A stretch of DNA of 64,000 bases, taken from assembly GCF_009914755.1 (NCBI RefSeq), contig NC_060926.1; one strand, written 5' to 3'. A program made the position numbers and the translations under genes. Under the pieces are notes generated by a model. It was given only the letters and a program-made list of their open reading frames with translations, was not told the DNA's origin and did no database searches. Positions 13,201 to 29,288 of this stretch are shown here, piece after piece. This stretch comes from the human T2T-CHM13v2.0 reference genome, Homo sapiens. Position 1 is the stretch's first letter. Every line of letters begins with the position of its first letter.

Positions 13201-16200
13201 ATTCAGTTGCATTCGACGATTCCATACGATTTCATTCGATGATGATTCCATTTGAGTCCATTTGATGATTCCATTAGATTCCATTCGAGCATAATTCCTT
13301 TCGAGTCCATTCGATGATTCCATTCCATTCAATTCCATGATGATTCCATTTCATTCCATTTAATGAAGATTCTATTCGAGTCCATTCTATGATTCCTTTC
13401 TATTCCATTCGTTGATTCCATTCAATTCCATTCGATGATGATTGCATTCGACTACATTCGATGATTCCAATCGATTCCATCCGATGATTGGAGTCCATTC
13501 GGTGATTCCTTTAGATTCCACTCAAAGACGATTCCATTCAATTCCATTCCATGATACCATTCGATTCCATTCATTGATGATTCCATTTGATTCCATTTGA
13601 TGATTCCATTTTATTCCATTCGATGATGATTCCATTCCATTCCATTTGATGATTCCATTCCATTCCATCAGATGTTGATTCCATTCTTGTCCACTTGATG
13701 ATTCCATTCTTTTCCGTTCGACGATGATTCCATTCGATTCCATTCGATGATTCCATTCGATTCCATTCGATGATTCCATTCGAGTACATTCGATGATTCC
13801 ACTCGATTCCATACGATGATTATTCCATTGGAGTCCATTTGGCGATTCCTTTAGGTTCCACTCGAAGATGATTCCATTTGATTCCATTCGATTATACCAT
13901 TCGATTCCATTCATTGATGATTCCATTCAAGTGCATTTGATGATACCATTTGATTCCATTCGATGATGATTCCATTCGTTTCCATTTGATTATTCCATTC
14001 CATTCCATTCAGTGATGATTCCATTAGAGTCAATTCGATGATTCCGTTGGAGTCCATTTGATGATGATTCCATTCAGTGATTCCATTCAATTCCTTTTGA
14101 TAATGATTCCAATCGATTCCATTCGATTTTGATTCCATGGGATTCCATTCTATGATTTCATTCGATTGCATTAGACAATGACTCCATTCGATTCCATTTG
14201 ATGATTCCATTCGATTCTATTTGATGATGATTCCATTCGATTCCATTTGATGATGATTGAATTCTATTCAATTCGATGATGATTCCATTTGGGTCCATTA
14301 GATGATTACACAAGATTCCATTCGATGACGATTCCATTCTATTCCATTCAATGATGATTCCATTCAGGTCCATTATATGATTCCATTCGATTCCATTTGA
14401 TGATGATTCCATTCTTCTCCATTCGATGATGATTACATTCAAGTCTATTCGCTGATTCTATTAGAGCCCATTGAATGATTGCTTTTGATTCCATTCGATG
14501 CTGATTCCATTCCATTCCATTCCATTCCATTCCATTCCATTCCATTCCATTCGATGATGATTCCATTCGATACCATTCTATGATTCCTTTAGATTTCATT
14601 TCATGCTGATTCCATTCAATTTCATTCAAAGATTCTATGCGAATCCATTCAATGATGATTCCATTCGATTCCATTAGATGATTCCGTTTGATTTCATTGA
14701 TGATGATTCCATTTGATTCCATTTGGTGATTCCATTCAATGATGGTTACATTCGAGTCCATTCAATGTTTCCTTTCTACTCTATATGATGATGATTCCAT
14801 GCGAGGGCATTCAATGGTGATTCCTTTGGATACCATTCGATGATTCCATTCGATTCCATTCAATGATGATTGCATTCGATTCCATTTGATGATTCCATTT
14901 GATTCCATTCAATGATGATTCCATTCGATTGCATTTGATAATTCCATGCGATTCCATTCGATCGTTCCAATGGATTCCATTTGATGATGATTCCATTTGT
15001 GTCCATTCGATGATTCCATTGAATTCCATCAGATGATGATTCCATTCGAGTGAATTCGATGTTTCCAATCAATTCCATTCAATGATGCTTCCATTCGAGG
15101 CTGTCTGATGACTCTATTCATTTCCGTTCTACAATGATTCCCTTTCAGTCTTTTTGAAGATTTGATTCGAGTCCTTTCGATGATCCCATTCGATTCCATT
15201 CGATGATGATTCCGTTCGAGTCCATTTGACGCGTCCCTTCGAGTACATTTGATGATTCCATTCGAGTCCAACTGAGGATTCCATTCAATTCCATTCTGTG
15301 ATGTTTCCGTATGATTCCATTCGATGAAGATTCCATGTGATTCCTTTTGATGATGATTCATTTTAATTGCATTTGATTATGATTCATTTCCAGTTCATTC
15401 GACGATTCCACACGATTCCATTCGATGATGATTCCATTCGAGTGTATTTGATGATTCCTTTCGATTCCATTAGAAGATGATTCCATTTGATTCCGTTCAT
15501 TGGTGATCCCATTCAATTCCATTCAATGATTGCATTCCATTCCATTCAAGAATGATTCCATTTGATTCCATTTGATGATTCCTTCCGCTTGATTCCATTT
15601 GATGATGATTCCATTCGATTCCATTCGATGATGATTGCCTTCAATTCCATTCGATGATTCCATTCGATTACATTCGATGACGAGTCGGTTTGATTCCATT
15701 TGATGATTCCATTCGAGTCCATTCGATGATTCCATTCGATTCCATTTGATGATGATTCCATTTGAGTCCATTCGATGATTCCATTCGAGTCCATTCAATG
15801 ATTCCATTCATTCGAGTCCATTTGATGATTCCATTCGATTCCATTTTATGATTATTCCATTCGTGTCCATTAGATGATTCCATTCGAGTCCATTCAATAA
15901 TTCCATTCTATTCCTTTCGATGACTCCATCCGATTCCATTTGATGATGATCCCATTTGATGATGATTCCATTCGAGTCCATTTGATGACTCCATTAGATT
16001 CCATTCGATGATGATTCCATTCGTGTCCATTCAACGTTTTTGTTCTATTCCATTCAATGAGGATTCCCTTCAAATCCATTTGATGATTGTATTCAAGTCC
16101 ATTCAGTGATTGCTTTCGATTCCATTCGATATTGATTCCCTTTGATTCCATTCGATGAGGATTCCATTCGATGTCATTCTAGGATTCCATTCGATTCCAT

Positions 16201-16518
16201 TTGATGTTGATTGCATTTGATTCCATTTGATTATTCTATTCGATTATTTTTGATGACGATTCCATTCGATTCCATTCAGTGATTCCAGTTCATTACAGTT
16301 GATGATGATTCCTTTTGATTCCATTCGATGATTCCACTTGATTCCAATCGATGATGATTCCATTCGAGTCCATTCGATGATTCCATTCGATTCCATTCAA
16401 TGATGATTCCATTCGAGTCCATTCAATGGTGATTCCATTGGATTCCATTCGGTGATGCCATTCGATTCCGTTCGATGATTGCATTCGATTCCATTTGATG
16501 ATTCCCTTCGATTCCATT
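10172..16518 (+). repeat. Intact higher-order unit, 6347 bp
   Basis: Anchor-to-anchor distance. All single-copy landmarks (CCGGTTCC, AAGCCC, GACTAAATT, GGCGATTCC, CCATGGG, ACGCGT, CCGCTTG, CTAGGA) are present once and in order. Confidence 0.92.
14504..14552 (+). repeat. Pure (ATTCC)9 pentamer tract, longest copy of a once-per-unit microsatellite
   Basis: Follows GATGCTG in each unit. Copies at 8005 (6), 14504 (9), 20826 (6, first is ATTGC), 27240 (4), 37516 (5), 41826 (4), 48213 (6) and 54651 (7). Confidence 0.9.
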
Positions 16519-19500
16519 CAAAGTTTATTCCATTCGAGTCCGTTTGATAATTCCATTTGATTCCATTCTCCGATGATTCCACTGGAGTCCGTTCGATGAT
16601 TCCATTCAATTCCAGTTGATGATGATTCCATTCGAGTCCATTCAATGATTTCATTGGATTCCATTTGATGATGACTCCTTCCGGTTCCATTCCATGATGA
16701 TTCCATTCGGTTCCATTAGATAGTGATTCCATTCAAGTCCATTCGATGATTCCATTCGATTCCATTCGATGATGATTCCATTCCGGTCCATTCGATGATT
16801 CCTTTCGATTCCACTTGATGTTGATTCCATTTGAGTCCATTTGATTATTCCCTTTGAATGCATTCCATGATTCCTTTCGATTCCATTTGATATTGCTTCC
16901 ATTCGAGTCCATTCGATGATTCCATTTGATTTCAATCAATGATGATTCGATTCAATTCTGTTCGATGATTCCATTTGATTCCATTCGATGACAACTCCAT
17001 TCAAGTCCATTCGATGATTCCTTTCGAGTCCATTTGATGATTCTATTTGGTTCCATTCGATGATGATTCCTTTGAATTCCATTCGTTGGTGATTCCATTC
17101 GATTCCATTCGATGATGATTCCATTCAATTGCATTCGATGATGATTCCATTCGATTCCATTCGATGATGATTCCATTCGGTTTCATTCGATGATTCTATT
17201 CAATTCCTTTCTATGATTATTCAATTCTTTTCCATTTGATGATTCCATGTGATTCCATTTGATGATGATTCCATTCGTTTGCATTCCATGATGATTCCAT
17301 TCAGGTCCATTCAAAGATTCCATTCGATTCCATTCTATGATGATTGCATTCGAGTTCATTTGATGATTCCATTCGACTCCATTCGATGATGATTCCATTC
17401 GTTGATATTCAATGATTCCATTCGATTCCATTTGCTGATGATTCCATTCGACTCCATTCAATGATTCCATTTGATTCCATTCAATGAGGATTCCATTCGA
17501 GTCCATTTGATGATTCTGTTCAATTCCATTCGATGATGATTCCTCTCAAATCCATTTGATGATTCCATTCGAGTACATTCGATTATTCCATTTGATTTTA
17601 TTCGATGATGATTCCATTCGATGCCATTCGATGATTCCATTCGATTCCATTCAATGGTGATTCCATTCGATGCCATTTGATGATTCCATTCAATCCTATT
17701 TGATGATGATTCCATTCGTGTCCATTCGATGATTCCGTTCGTTTCCATTCGATGATGATTCCATTTGAATCCATTCGATGATTCCTATCGATTCCATTCG
17801 ATGACTCAGTTCAATCCCATTCGATGTTTCCCTTCGATTGTCTCTGACCATCATTCCATTCGATTCAATTTGGTGATTCCATTCGATGATGATTCCGTTT
17901 GATTCCATTCGATGAGGATTCCATTCGATTCCCTTTGATGATGATTCCATTCGATTCCATTTGACGATGATTCCATTCGAGTCCATTTGATGATTCCATT
18001 CGATTCCATTTGATGATGATTCCACTCAAGCCCATTCGATTATTCCATTCCAGTCCATTCAATGATTCCATTAGATTCCATTCGATGATGATTCCATTTG
18101 AGTCCATTCGATGATTCCATTCGATTCCATTCAATGATGATTCCTTTCAGGTCCATTAGATGATTCCATTCGATTCCATTCGATGATGATTCTATTCGAG
18201 TCCATTTGTGGATTCCATTGGATTCCATTCAATGATGATTCCATTCGAGTCCAATCGATGATTACAGTCAATTCCATTCGATGATGATAACCCTCGAGTC
18301 CATTCGATGATTCCACTCCAGTCCATTCGATGATTTCCTTAGATTCCATTCAATTATGATTCCACTCAATGCCATTCAATCACTAAATTCGATTCCATTC
18401 GATGTTGTTTCCATTCAAGTCCATTTGATGATTCTATTCGATTCCATTCAATGATGATTCCATTCGTGTCCACTCGATGATTCCATTCTATTCCATTCGA
18501 TGATTATTCCATTAGACTCCATTCGATGATGATTCCATTCGATTTCATTCTGTGATTCTATTCATTTCCATTCAATGATGATTCCATTCTTTTCCAGTCG
18601 ATGATTCCATTCGATGCCATTCGATGATTACATTCGATTACATTCGACGATGACTCCATTCTATTCCATTTGATGATTCCATTCGATTCCATTCGATGAG
18701 GATTCCATTTGATTCCATTCAATGATGATTCCATTCATGTCCATTCGATTGAATTACATTTCATTGCTTTCGATGATGATTCCATTCACGTCCGTTAGAT
18801 GATTCCATTTGATTCCATTCATTGATGATTCCATTCAGATTCCATTCGATGATTCCATTCGATTCCATTTGATGATGATTCCATTCAATTGCATTCAATG
18901 ATTCCATTCGATTCCATTCGATGATGATTCCCTTCGAGTCCATTAGAAGATTCCATAACATTCCATTCGATGGTGATTCCTTTCCATTTCATTCAATGAT
19001 TCCATTCGATTCCATTCGATGATGATTCCCTTCGAGTCCATGAGATGATTTCATAACATTCCATTCGATGGTGATTCCATTTGATTCCATTCGATGGTGA
19101 TTCCATTTGATTCCATTCGATGATTCCTTTCGTGTCCATTCGCTGACACCATTCGATTCCATTGGATGATTTCATTCGTTTCCACTTGTTGATGATTCCA
19201 TTCGATTCCATTCGATGATGATTCCATTCGATTCCCTTCATTGATAATTCGATTAGATTCCATTTGATGATGATTCCATTCGAGTCCATTCAATGAAGAT
19301 TCCATTCAATTCCATTTGATGATGATTCCATTTGACTCCATTCAATGATGATTCCATTCGATTCCATTCAAAGATTCAATTCGAGTCCATTCAACGATTC
19401 CATTCGATTCCACTTGATGATGATTCCTTTCAAGTACATTCAATGATTCCATTCAATTCCATTCCATAATAATTCCTTTCAAGTCCATTCAATGATTCCA

Positions 19501-22500
19501 TTCAGTTGCATTCGATGATTCCATACGATTTCATTCGATGATGATTCCATTTGAGTCCATTTGATGATTCCATTAGATTCCATTCGAGCATAATTCCTTT
19601 CGAGTCCATTCGATGATTCCATTCATTTCCATTCCATGATGATTCCATTTCATTCCATTCAATGATGATTCCATTCGAGTCCATTCTATGATTCCTTTGT
19701 ATTCCATTCTTTGATTCCATTCAATTCCATTCGATGATGATTGCATTCGACTACATTCGATGATTCCACTCGATTCCATCTGATGATTGGAGTCCATTCG
19801 GTGATTCCTTTAGATTCCACTCAAAGACGATTCTATTCAATTCCATTCCATGATACCATTCGATTCCATTCATTGATGATTCCATTTGATTCCATTTGAT
19901 GATTCCATTTTATTCCATTCGATGATGATTCCATTCCATTCCATTTGATGATTCCATTCCATTCCATTAGATGTTGATTCCATTCGTGTCCACTTGATGA
20001 TTCCATTCTTTTCCGTTTGACCACGATTCCATTCGATTCCATTCGATGATTCCATTCGAGTACATTCGATGATTCCATTCGAGTACATTCGATGATTCCA
20101 CTCGATTCCATACGATGATTATTCCATTGGAGTCCATTTGGCGATTCCTTTAGGTTCCACTCGAAGATGATTCCTTGTGATTCCATTCGATTATACCATT
20201 CGATTGCATTCATTGATGTTTCCATTCAAGTGCATTTGATGATACCATTCGATTCCATTCGATGATGATTCCATTCGTTTCCATTTGATTATTCCATTCT
20301 ATTCCATTCAGTGATGATTCCATTAGAGTCAATTCGATGATTCCGTTGGAGTCCATTTGATGATGATTCCATTCAGTGATTCCGTTCAATTCTATTTGAT
20401 AATGATTCCAATCGATTCCATTCGATGTTGATTCCATGGGATTCCATTCTATGATTTCATTCGATTGCATTAGACAATGACTCCATTCGATTCCATTTGA
20501 TGATTCCATTCGATTCTATTTGATGATGATTCCATTCGATTCCATTTGATGATGATTGCATTCTATTCAATTCGATGATGATTCCATTCGGGTCCATTAG
20601 ATGATTCCATACGATTCCATTCGATGACGATTCCATTCTATTCCATTCCATGATGATTCCATTCGGGTCCATTATATGATTCCATTCGATTCCATTTGAG
20701 GATGATTCCATTCGTGTCCATTGGATGATTCCGTTCTTCTCCATTCGATGATGATTACATTCAAGTCTATTCGATGATTCTATTAGAGTCCATTGAATGA
20801 TTGCTTTTGATTCCATTCGATGCTGATTGCATTCCATTCCATTCCATTCCATTCCATTCGATGATGATTCCATTCGATACCATTCTATGATTCCTTTAGA
20901 TTCCATTTCATGCTGATTCCATTCAATTTCATTCAAAGATTCTATTCGAATCCATTCAATGATGATTCCATTCGATTCCATTTGATGATTCCGTTTGATT
21001 TCATTTGATGATGATTCCATTTGATTCCATTTGGTGATTCCATTCAATGATGGTTCCATTCGAGTCCATTCAATGATTCCTTTCTACTCTATATGATGAT
21101 GATTCCATGCGAGGGCATTCAATGCTGATTCCTTTGGATACCATTCGATGATTCCATTCGATTCCATTCAATGATGATTGCATTCGATTCCATTCGATGA
21201 TTCCATTTGATTCCATGCAACGATGATTCCATTCGATTCCATTTGATAATTCCATGCGATTCCATTCGATCGTTCCAATGGATTCCATTTGATGATGATT
21301 CCATTTGTGTCCATTCGATGATTCCATTGAATTCCATCAGATGATGATTCCATTCGAGTGAATTCGATGTTTCCAATCAATTCCATTCAATGATGTTTCC
21401 ATTCGAGGCTGTCTGATGACTCTATTCATTTCCATTCTACAATGATTCCCTTTGAGTCCTTTTGAAGATATGATTCGAGTCCTTTCGATGATCCCATTCG
21501 ATTCCATTCGATGATGATTCCGTTCGAGTCCATTTGACGCGTCCCTTTGAGTACATTTGATGATTCCATTCGAGTCCAACTGATGATTCCATTCAATTCC
21601 ATTCTGTGATGTTTCCGTATGATTCCATTCGATGATGATTCCATGTGATTCCTTTCGATGATGATTCATTTTAATTACATTTGATTATGATTCATTTCCA
21701 GTTCATTCGACGATTCCACACGATTCCATTCGAGGATGATTCCATTCGAGTGTATTTGATGATTCCTTTCCATTCCAATAGAAGATGATTCCATTTGATT
21801 CCGTTCATTGGTGATCCCATTCAATTCCATTCAATGATTCCATTCCATTCCATTCAACAATGATTCCATTTGATTCCATTTGATGATTCCTTCCGCTTGA
21901 TTCCATTTGATGATGATTCCATTCGATTCCATTCGATGATGATTGCCTTCAATTCCATTCGATGATTCCATTCGATGACGATTCGGTTTGATTCCATTTG
22001 ATGATTCCATTCGAGTCCATTCGATGATTCCATTCGATTCCATTTGATGATAATTCCATTTGAGTCCATTCGATGATTCCATTCGAGTCCATTCAATGAT
22101 TCCATTCATTCGAGTCCATTTGATGATTCCATTCGATTCCATTTTATGATTATCCCATTCGTGTCCATTACATGATTCCATTCGAGTCCATTCAATCAGT
22201 CCATTCAATTCCTTTCGATGATTCCATTCGATTCTATTTGATGTTTCCATTCGAGTCCATTTTTTCATTCATTCGTGTCCATTCGATGACTCCATTCGAT
22301 TCCATTTGATGATGATCCCATTTGATGATGATTCCATTCGAGTCCATTTGATGACTCCATTTGGTTCCATTCGATGATGATTCCATTCGTGTCCATTCAA
22401 TGTTTTTGTTCTATTCCTTTCAATGAGGATTCCCTTCAAATCCATTTGTTGATTGTATTCAAGTCCATTCAGTGATTGCTTTCGATTAGATTCGATATTG

Positions 22501-22884
22501 ATTCCCTTTGATTCCATTCGATGAGGATTCCATTCGATGTCATTCTAGGATTCCATTCGATTCCATTTGATGTTGATTGCATTTGATTCCATTTGGTTAT
22601 TCTATTCGATTATTTTTGATGACGATTCCATTCGATTCCATTCAGTGATTCCAGTTCATTACAGTTGATGATGATTCCTTTCGATTCCATTCGATGATTC
22701 CATTTGATTCCAATCGATGATGATTCCATTCGAGTCCATTCGATGATTCCATTCGATTCCATTCAATGATGATTCCATTCGAGTCCATTCAATGGTGATT
22801 CCATTGGATTCCATTCGGTGATGCCATTCGATTCCGTTCGATGATTGCATTCGATTCCATTTGATGATTCCCTTCGATTCCATT
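16519..22884 (+). repeat. Intact higher-order unit, 6366 bp
   Basis: Anchors at 16519 and 22885; same landmark order; ACGCGT at 21537. Confidence 0.92.
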
Positions 22885-25800
22885 CAAAGTTTATTCCATT
22901 CGAGTCCGTGTGATAATTCCATTTGATTCCATTCTCCGATGATTCCACTGGAGTCCGTTCGATGATTCCATTCAATTCCAGTTGATGATGATTCCATTCG
23001 AGTCCATTCAATGATTTCATTGGATTCCATTTGATGATGACTCCTTCCGGTTCCATTCCATGATGATTCCATTCGGTTCCATTAGATAGTGATTCCATTC
23101 AAGTCCATTCGATGATTCCATTCGATTCCATTCGATGATGATTCCATTCCGGTCCATTCGATGATTCCTTTCGATTCCACTTGATGTTGATTCCATTTGA
23201 GTCCATTTGATTATTCCCTTTGAATTCATTCCATGATTCCTTTCGATTCCATTTGATATTGCTTCCATTCGAGTCCATTCGATGATTCCATTTGATTTCA
23301 ATCAATGATGATTCGATTCAATTCTGTTCGATGATTCCATTTGATTCCATTCGATGACAACCCCATTCGAGTCCATTCGATGATTCCTTTCGAGTCCATT
23401 TGATGATTCTATTAGGTTCCATTCGATGATGATTCCTTTGAATTCCATTCGTTGGTGATTCCATTCGATTCCATTCGATGATGATTCCATTCAATTGCAT
23501 TCAATGATGATTCCATTCGATTCCATACGATGATGATTCCATTCGGTTTCATTCGATGATTCTATTCAATTCCTTTCTATGATTATTCAATTCTTTTCCA
23601 TTTGATGATTCCATGTGATTCCATTTGATGATGATTCCATTCGTTTGCAGTCAATGATGATTCCATTCAGGTCCATTCAAAGATTCCATTCCATTCCATT
23701 CTATGATGATTGCATTCGAGTTCATTTGATGATTCCATTCGACTCCATTCGATGATGATTCCATTCGTTGATATTCAATGATTCCATTCGATTCCATTTG
23801 CTGATGATTCCATTCGACTCCATTGAATGATTCCATTCGATTCCATTCAATGAGGATTCCATTCGAGTCCATTTGATGATTCTGTTCAATTCCATTCGAT
23901 GATGATTCCTCTCAAATCCATTTGATGATTCCATTCGAGTACATTGGATTATTCCATTTGATTTTATTCGATGATGATTCCATTCGATGCCATTCGATGA
24001 TTCCATTCGATTCCAATCAATGGTGATTCCATTCGATGCCATTTGATGATTCCATTAAATCCTATTTGATGATGATTCCATTCGTGTCCATTCGATGATT
24101 CCGTTCATTTCCATACGATGATGATTCCATTTGAATCCATTCGATGATTCCTATCGATTCCATTCGATGACTCCGTTCAATCCCATTCGATGTTTCCCTT
24201 CGATTGTCTTTGACGATCATTCCATTCGATTCAATTTGGTGATTCCATTCGATGATGATTCCGTTCGATTCCATTCGATGAGGATTCCATTCGATTCCCT
24301 TTGACGATGATTCCATTCGATTCCATTTGACGATGATTCCATTCGAGTCCATTTGATGATTCCATTCGATTCCATTTGATGATGATTCCACTCAAGCCCA
24401 TTCGATTATTCCATTCGAGTCCATTCAATGATTCCATTAGATTCCATTCGATGATGATTCCATTCGAGTCCATTCGATGATTCCATTCGATTCCATTCAA
24501 TGATGATTCCTTTCAGGTCCATTAGATGATTCCATTAGATTCCATTTGATGATGACTCCATTAGAGTCCATTCTTTGATTCCATTCGATTCCATTCGGTG
24601 ATGATTCTATTCGAGTCCATTCGTGGATTCCATTGATTCCATTCAATGATGATTCCATTCGAGTCCAATCGATGATTACAGTCAATTCCATTCGATGATG
24701 ATTCCCCTCGAGTCCATTCGATGATTCCACTCCAGTCCATTCGATGATTTCCTTAGATTCCATTCAATTATGATTCCACTCAATGCCATTCAATGACTAA
24801 ATTCGATTCCATTCGATGTTGTTTCCATTCAAGTCCATTTGATGATTCTGTTCGATTCCATTCAATGATGATTCCATTCGTGTCCACTCGATGATTCCAT
24901 TCTATTCCATTCGATGATTATTCCATTAGACTCCATTCGATGATGATTTCATTCGATTTCATTCTGTGATTCTATTCATTTCCATTCGATGATGATTCCA
25001 TTCTTTCCCAGTCAATGATTCCATTCGATGCCATTCGATAATTACATTCGATTACATTCGACGATGACTCCATTCTATTCCATTTGATGATTCCATTCGA
25101 TTCCATTCGATGAGGATTCCATTTGATTCCATTCAATGCTGACTCCATTCATGTCCATTCGATTGAATTACATTTCATTGCTTTCGACGATGATTCCATT
25201 CACGTCCATTAGATGATTCCATTTGATTCCATTCATTGATGATTCCATTCAGATTCCATTCGATGATTCCATTCGATTCCATTTGATGATGATTCCATTC
25301 AATTGCATTCAATGATTCCATTCGATTCCATTCGATGATGATTCCCTTCGAGTCCATTAGAAGATTCCATAACATTCCATTCGATGGTGATTCCTTTCCA
25401 TTTCATTCAATGATTCCATTCGATTCCATTCGATGATGATTCCCTTCGAGTCCATGACATGATTTCATAACATTCCATTCGATGGTGATTCCATTTGATT
25501 CCATTCGATGGTGATTCCATTTGATTCCATTCGATGATTCCTTTCGTGTCCTTTCGCTGACACCATTCGATTCCATTTGATGATTTCATTCGTTTCCACT
25601 TGTTGATGATTCCATTCGATTCCATTCGATGATGATTCCATTCGATTCCCTTCATTGATGATTCGATTAGATTCCATTTGATGATGATTCCATTCGAGTC
25701 CATTCAATGAAGATTCCATTCAATTCCATTTGATGATGATTCCATTTGACTCCATTCAATGATGATTCCATTCGATTCCATTCAAAGATTCAATTCGAGT

Positions 25801-28800
25801 CCATTCAACGATTCCATTCGATTCCACTTGATGATGATTCCTTTCAAGTCCATTCAATGATTCCATTCAATTCCATTCCATAATAATTCCTTTCAAGTCC
25901 ATTCAATGATTCCATTCAGTTGCATTCGATGATTCCATACGATTTCATTCGATGATGATTCCATTTGAGTCCATTTGATGATTCCATTAGATTCCATTCG
26001 AGCATAAATCCTTTCGAGTCCATTCGATGATTCCATTCAATTCCATTCCATGATGATTCCATTTCATTCCATTCAATGATGATTGCATTCGAGTCCATTC
26101 TATGATTCCTTTGTAGTCCATTCGTTGATTCCATTCAATTCCATTCGATGATGATTGCATTCGACTACATTCGATGATTCCACTCGATTCCATCTGATGA
26201 TTGGAGTCTATTCGGTGATTCCTTTAGATTCCACTCAAAGACGATTCCATTCAATTCCATTCCATGATACCATTCGATTCCATTCATTGATGATTCCATT
26301 TGATTCCATTTGATGATTCCATTTGATTCCATTTGATGATTCCATTTTATTCCATTCGATGATGATTCCATTCCATTCCATTTGATGATTCCATTCCATT
26401 CCATTAGATGTTGATTCCATTCGTGTCCACTTGATGATTCCATTCTTTTCCGTTCGACAACGATTCCATTAGATTCCATTCGATGATTACATTATAGTAT
26501 ATTCGATGATTCCACTCGATTCCATACGATGATTATTCCATTGGAGTCCATTTGGCGATTCCTTTAGGTTCCACTCGAAGATGATTCCATGTGATTCCAT
26601 TCGATTATACCATTCGATTCCATTCATTGATGATTCCATTCAAGTGCATTTGATGATACCATTCGATTCCATTCGATGATGATTCCATTCGTTTCCATTT
26701 GATTATTCCATTCTATTCCATTCAGTGATGATACCATTAGAGTCAATTCGATGATTCCGTTGGAGTCCATTTGATGATGATTCCATTCAGTGATTCCATT
26801 CAATTCCTTTTGATAATGATTCCAATCGATTCCATTCGATGTTGATTCCATGGGATTCCATTCTATGATTTCATTCGATTGCATTACACAATGACTCCAT
26901 TCGATTCCATTTGATGATTCCATTCGATTCTATTTGATGATGATTCCATTTGATTCCATTTGACGATGATTGCATTCTATTCATTTCGACGATGATTCCA
27001 TTCGGGTTCATTAGATGATTCCATACGATTCCATTCGGTGACGATTCCATTCTATTCCATGCAATGATGATTCCATTCGGGTCCATTATATGATTCCATT
27101 CGATTGCATTCGAGGATGATTCCATTCGTGTCCATTGGATGATTCCATTCTTCTCCATTCGATGATGATTACATTCAAGTCTATTCGCTGATTCTATTAG
27201 AGTCCATTGAATGATTGCTTTTGATTCCATTCGATGCTGATTCCATTCCATTCCATTCCATTCGATGATGATTCCATTCGATACCATTCTATGATTCCTT
27301 TAGATTCCATTTCATGCTGATTCCATTCAATTTCATTGAAAGATTCTATTCGAATCCATTCAATGATGATTCCATTCGATTCCATTTGATGATTCCGTTT
27401 GATTTCATTTGATGATGATTCCATTTGATTCCATTTGGTGATTCCATTCAATGATGGTTCCATTCGAGTCCATTCAATGATTCCTTTCTACTCTATATGA
27501 TGATGATTCCATGCGAGGGCATTCAATGGTGATTCCTTTGGATACCATTCGATGATTCCATTCGATTCCATTCAATGATGATTGCATTCGATTCCATTCG
27601 ATGATTCCATTTGATTCCATTCAAAGATGATTCCATTCGATTCCATTTGATAATTCCATGCGATTCCATTCGATCGTTCCAATGGATTCCATTTGATGAT
27701 GATTCCATTTGTGTCCATTCGATGATTCCATTGAATTCCATCAGATGATGATTCCATTCGAGTGAATTCGATGTTTCCAATCAATTCCATTCAATGATGT
27801 TTCCATTCGAGGCTGTCTGATGACTCTATTCATTTCCATTCTACAATGATTCCCTTTGAGTCCTTTTGAAGATTTGATTCGAGTCCTTTCGATGATCCCA
27901 TTCGATTCCATTCGATGATGATTCCGTTCGAGTCCATTTGACGCGTCCCTTCGAGTACATTTGATGATTCCATTCGAGTCCAACTGATGATTCCATTCAA
28001 TTCCATTCTGTGATGTTTCCGTATGATTCCATTCGATGATGATTCCATGTGATTCCTTTCGATGATGATTCATTTTAATTGCATTTGATTATGATTCATT
28101 TCCAGTTCATTCGACGATTCCACACGATTCCATTCGAGGATGATTCCATTCGAGTGTATTTGATGATTCCTTTCGATTCCATTAGAAGATGATTCCATTT
28201 GATTCCGTTCATTGGTGATCCCATTCAATTCCATTCAATGATTCCATTCCATTCCATTCAACAATGATTCCATTTGGTGATTCCTTCCGCTTGATTCCAT
28301 TTGATGATGATTCCATTCGATTCCATTCGATGATGATTGCCTTCAATTCCATTCGATGATTCCATTCGATTCCATTCGATGACGATTCGGTTTGATTCCA
28401 TTTGATGATTCCATTCGATTCCATTCGATGATTCCATTCGATTCCATTTGATGATGATTCCATTTGAGTCCATTCGATGATTCCATTCGAGTTCATTCAA
28501 TGATTCCATTCATTCGAGTCCATTTGATGATTCCATTCGATTCCATTTTATGATTATTCCATTCGTGTCCATTAGATGATTCCATTCGAGTCCATTCAAT
28601 CATTCCATTCAATTCCTTTCGATGATTCCATTCGATTCTATTTGATGTTTCCATTCGAGTCCATTTGTTCATTCATTCGTGTCCATTCGATGACTCCATT
28701 CGATTCCATTTGATGATGATCCCATTTGATGATGATTCCATTCGAGTCCATTTGATGACTCCATTAGATTCCATTCGATGATGATTCCATTCGTGTCCAT

Positions 28801-29288
28801 TCAATGTTTTTGTTCTATTCCATTCAATGAGGATTCCCTTCAAATCCATTTGATGATTGTATTCAAGTCCATTCAGTGATTGCTTTCGATTCCATTCGAT
28901 ATTGATTCCCTTTGATTCCATTCGATGGGGATTCCATTCGATGTCATTCTAGGATTCCATTCGATTCCATTTGATGTTGATTGCATTTGATTCCATTTGA
29001 TTATTCTATTCGATTATTTTTGATGATGATTCCATTCGATTCCATTCAGTGATTCCAGTTCATTACAGTTGATGATGATTCCTTTCGATTCCATTCGATG
29101 ATTCCATTTGATTCCAATCGATGATGATTCCATTCGAGTCCATTCGATGATTCCATTCGATTCCATTCAATGATGATTCCATTCGATTCCATTCAATGGT
29201 GATTCCATTGGATTCCATTCGATGATGCCATTCGATTCCGTTCGATGATTGCATTCGATTCCATTTGATGATTCCCTTCGATTCCATT
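22885..29288 (+). repeat. Intact higher-order unit, 6404 bp
   Basis: Anchors at 22885 and 29289; ACGCGT at 27941. Confidence 0.92.
25659..25669 (-). promoter_or_regulatory. Candidate DUX4-type double-homeodomain site TAATCGAATCA (representative; one per unit)
   Basis: TGATTCGATTA on + at 25659, 32570, 35935, 46632, 53071 and 62489; variant TGATTCAATTA at 12946. One base differs from the DUX4 consensus TAATCTAATCA. DUX4 binding and activation of HSATII is established; binding at these particular sites is inference. Confidence 0.4.
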
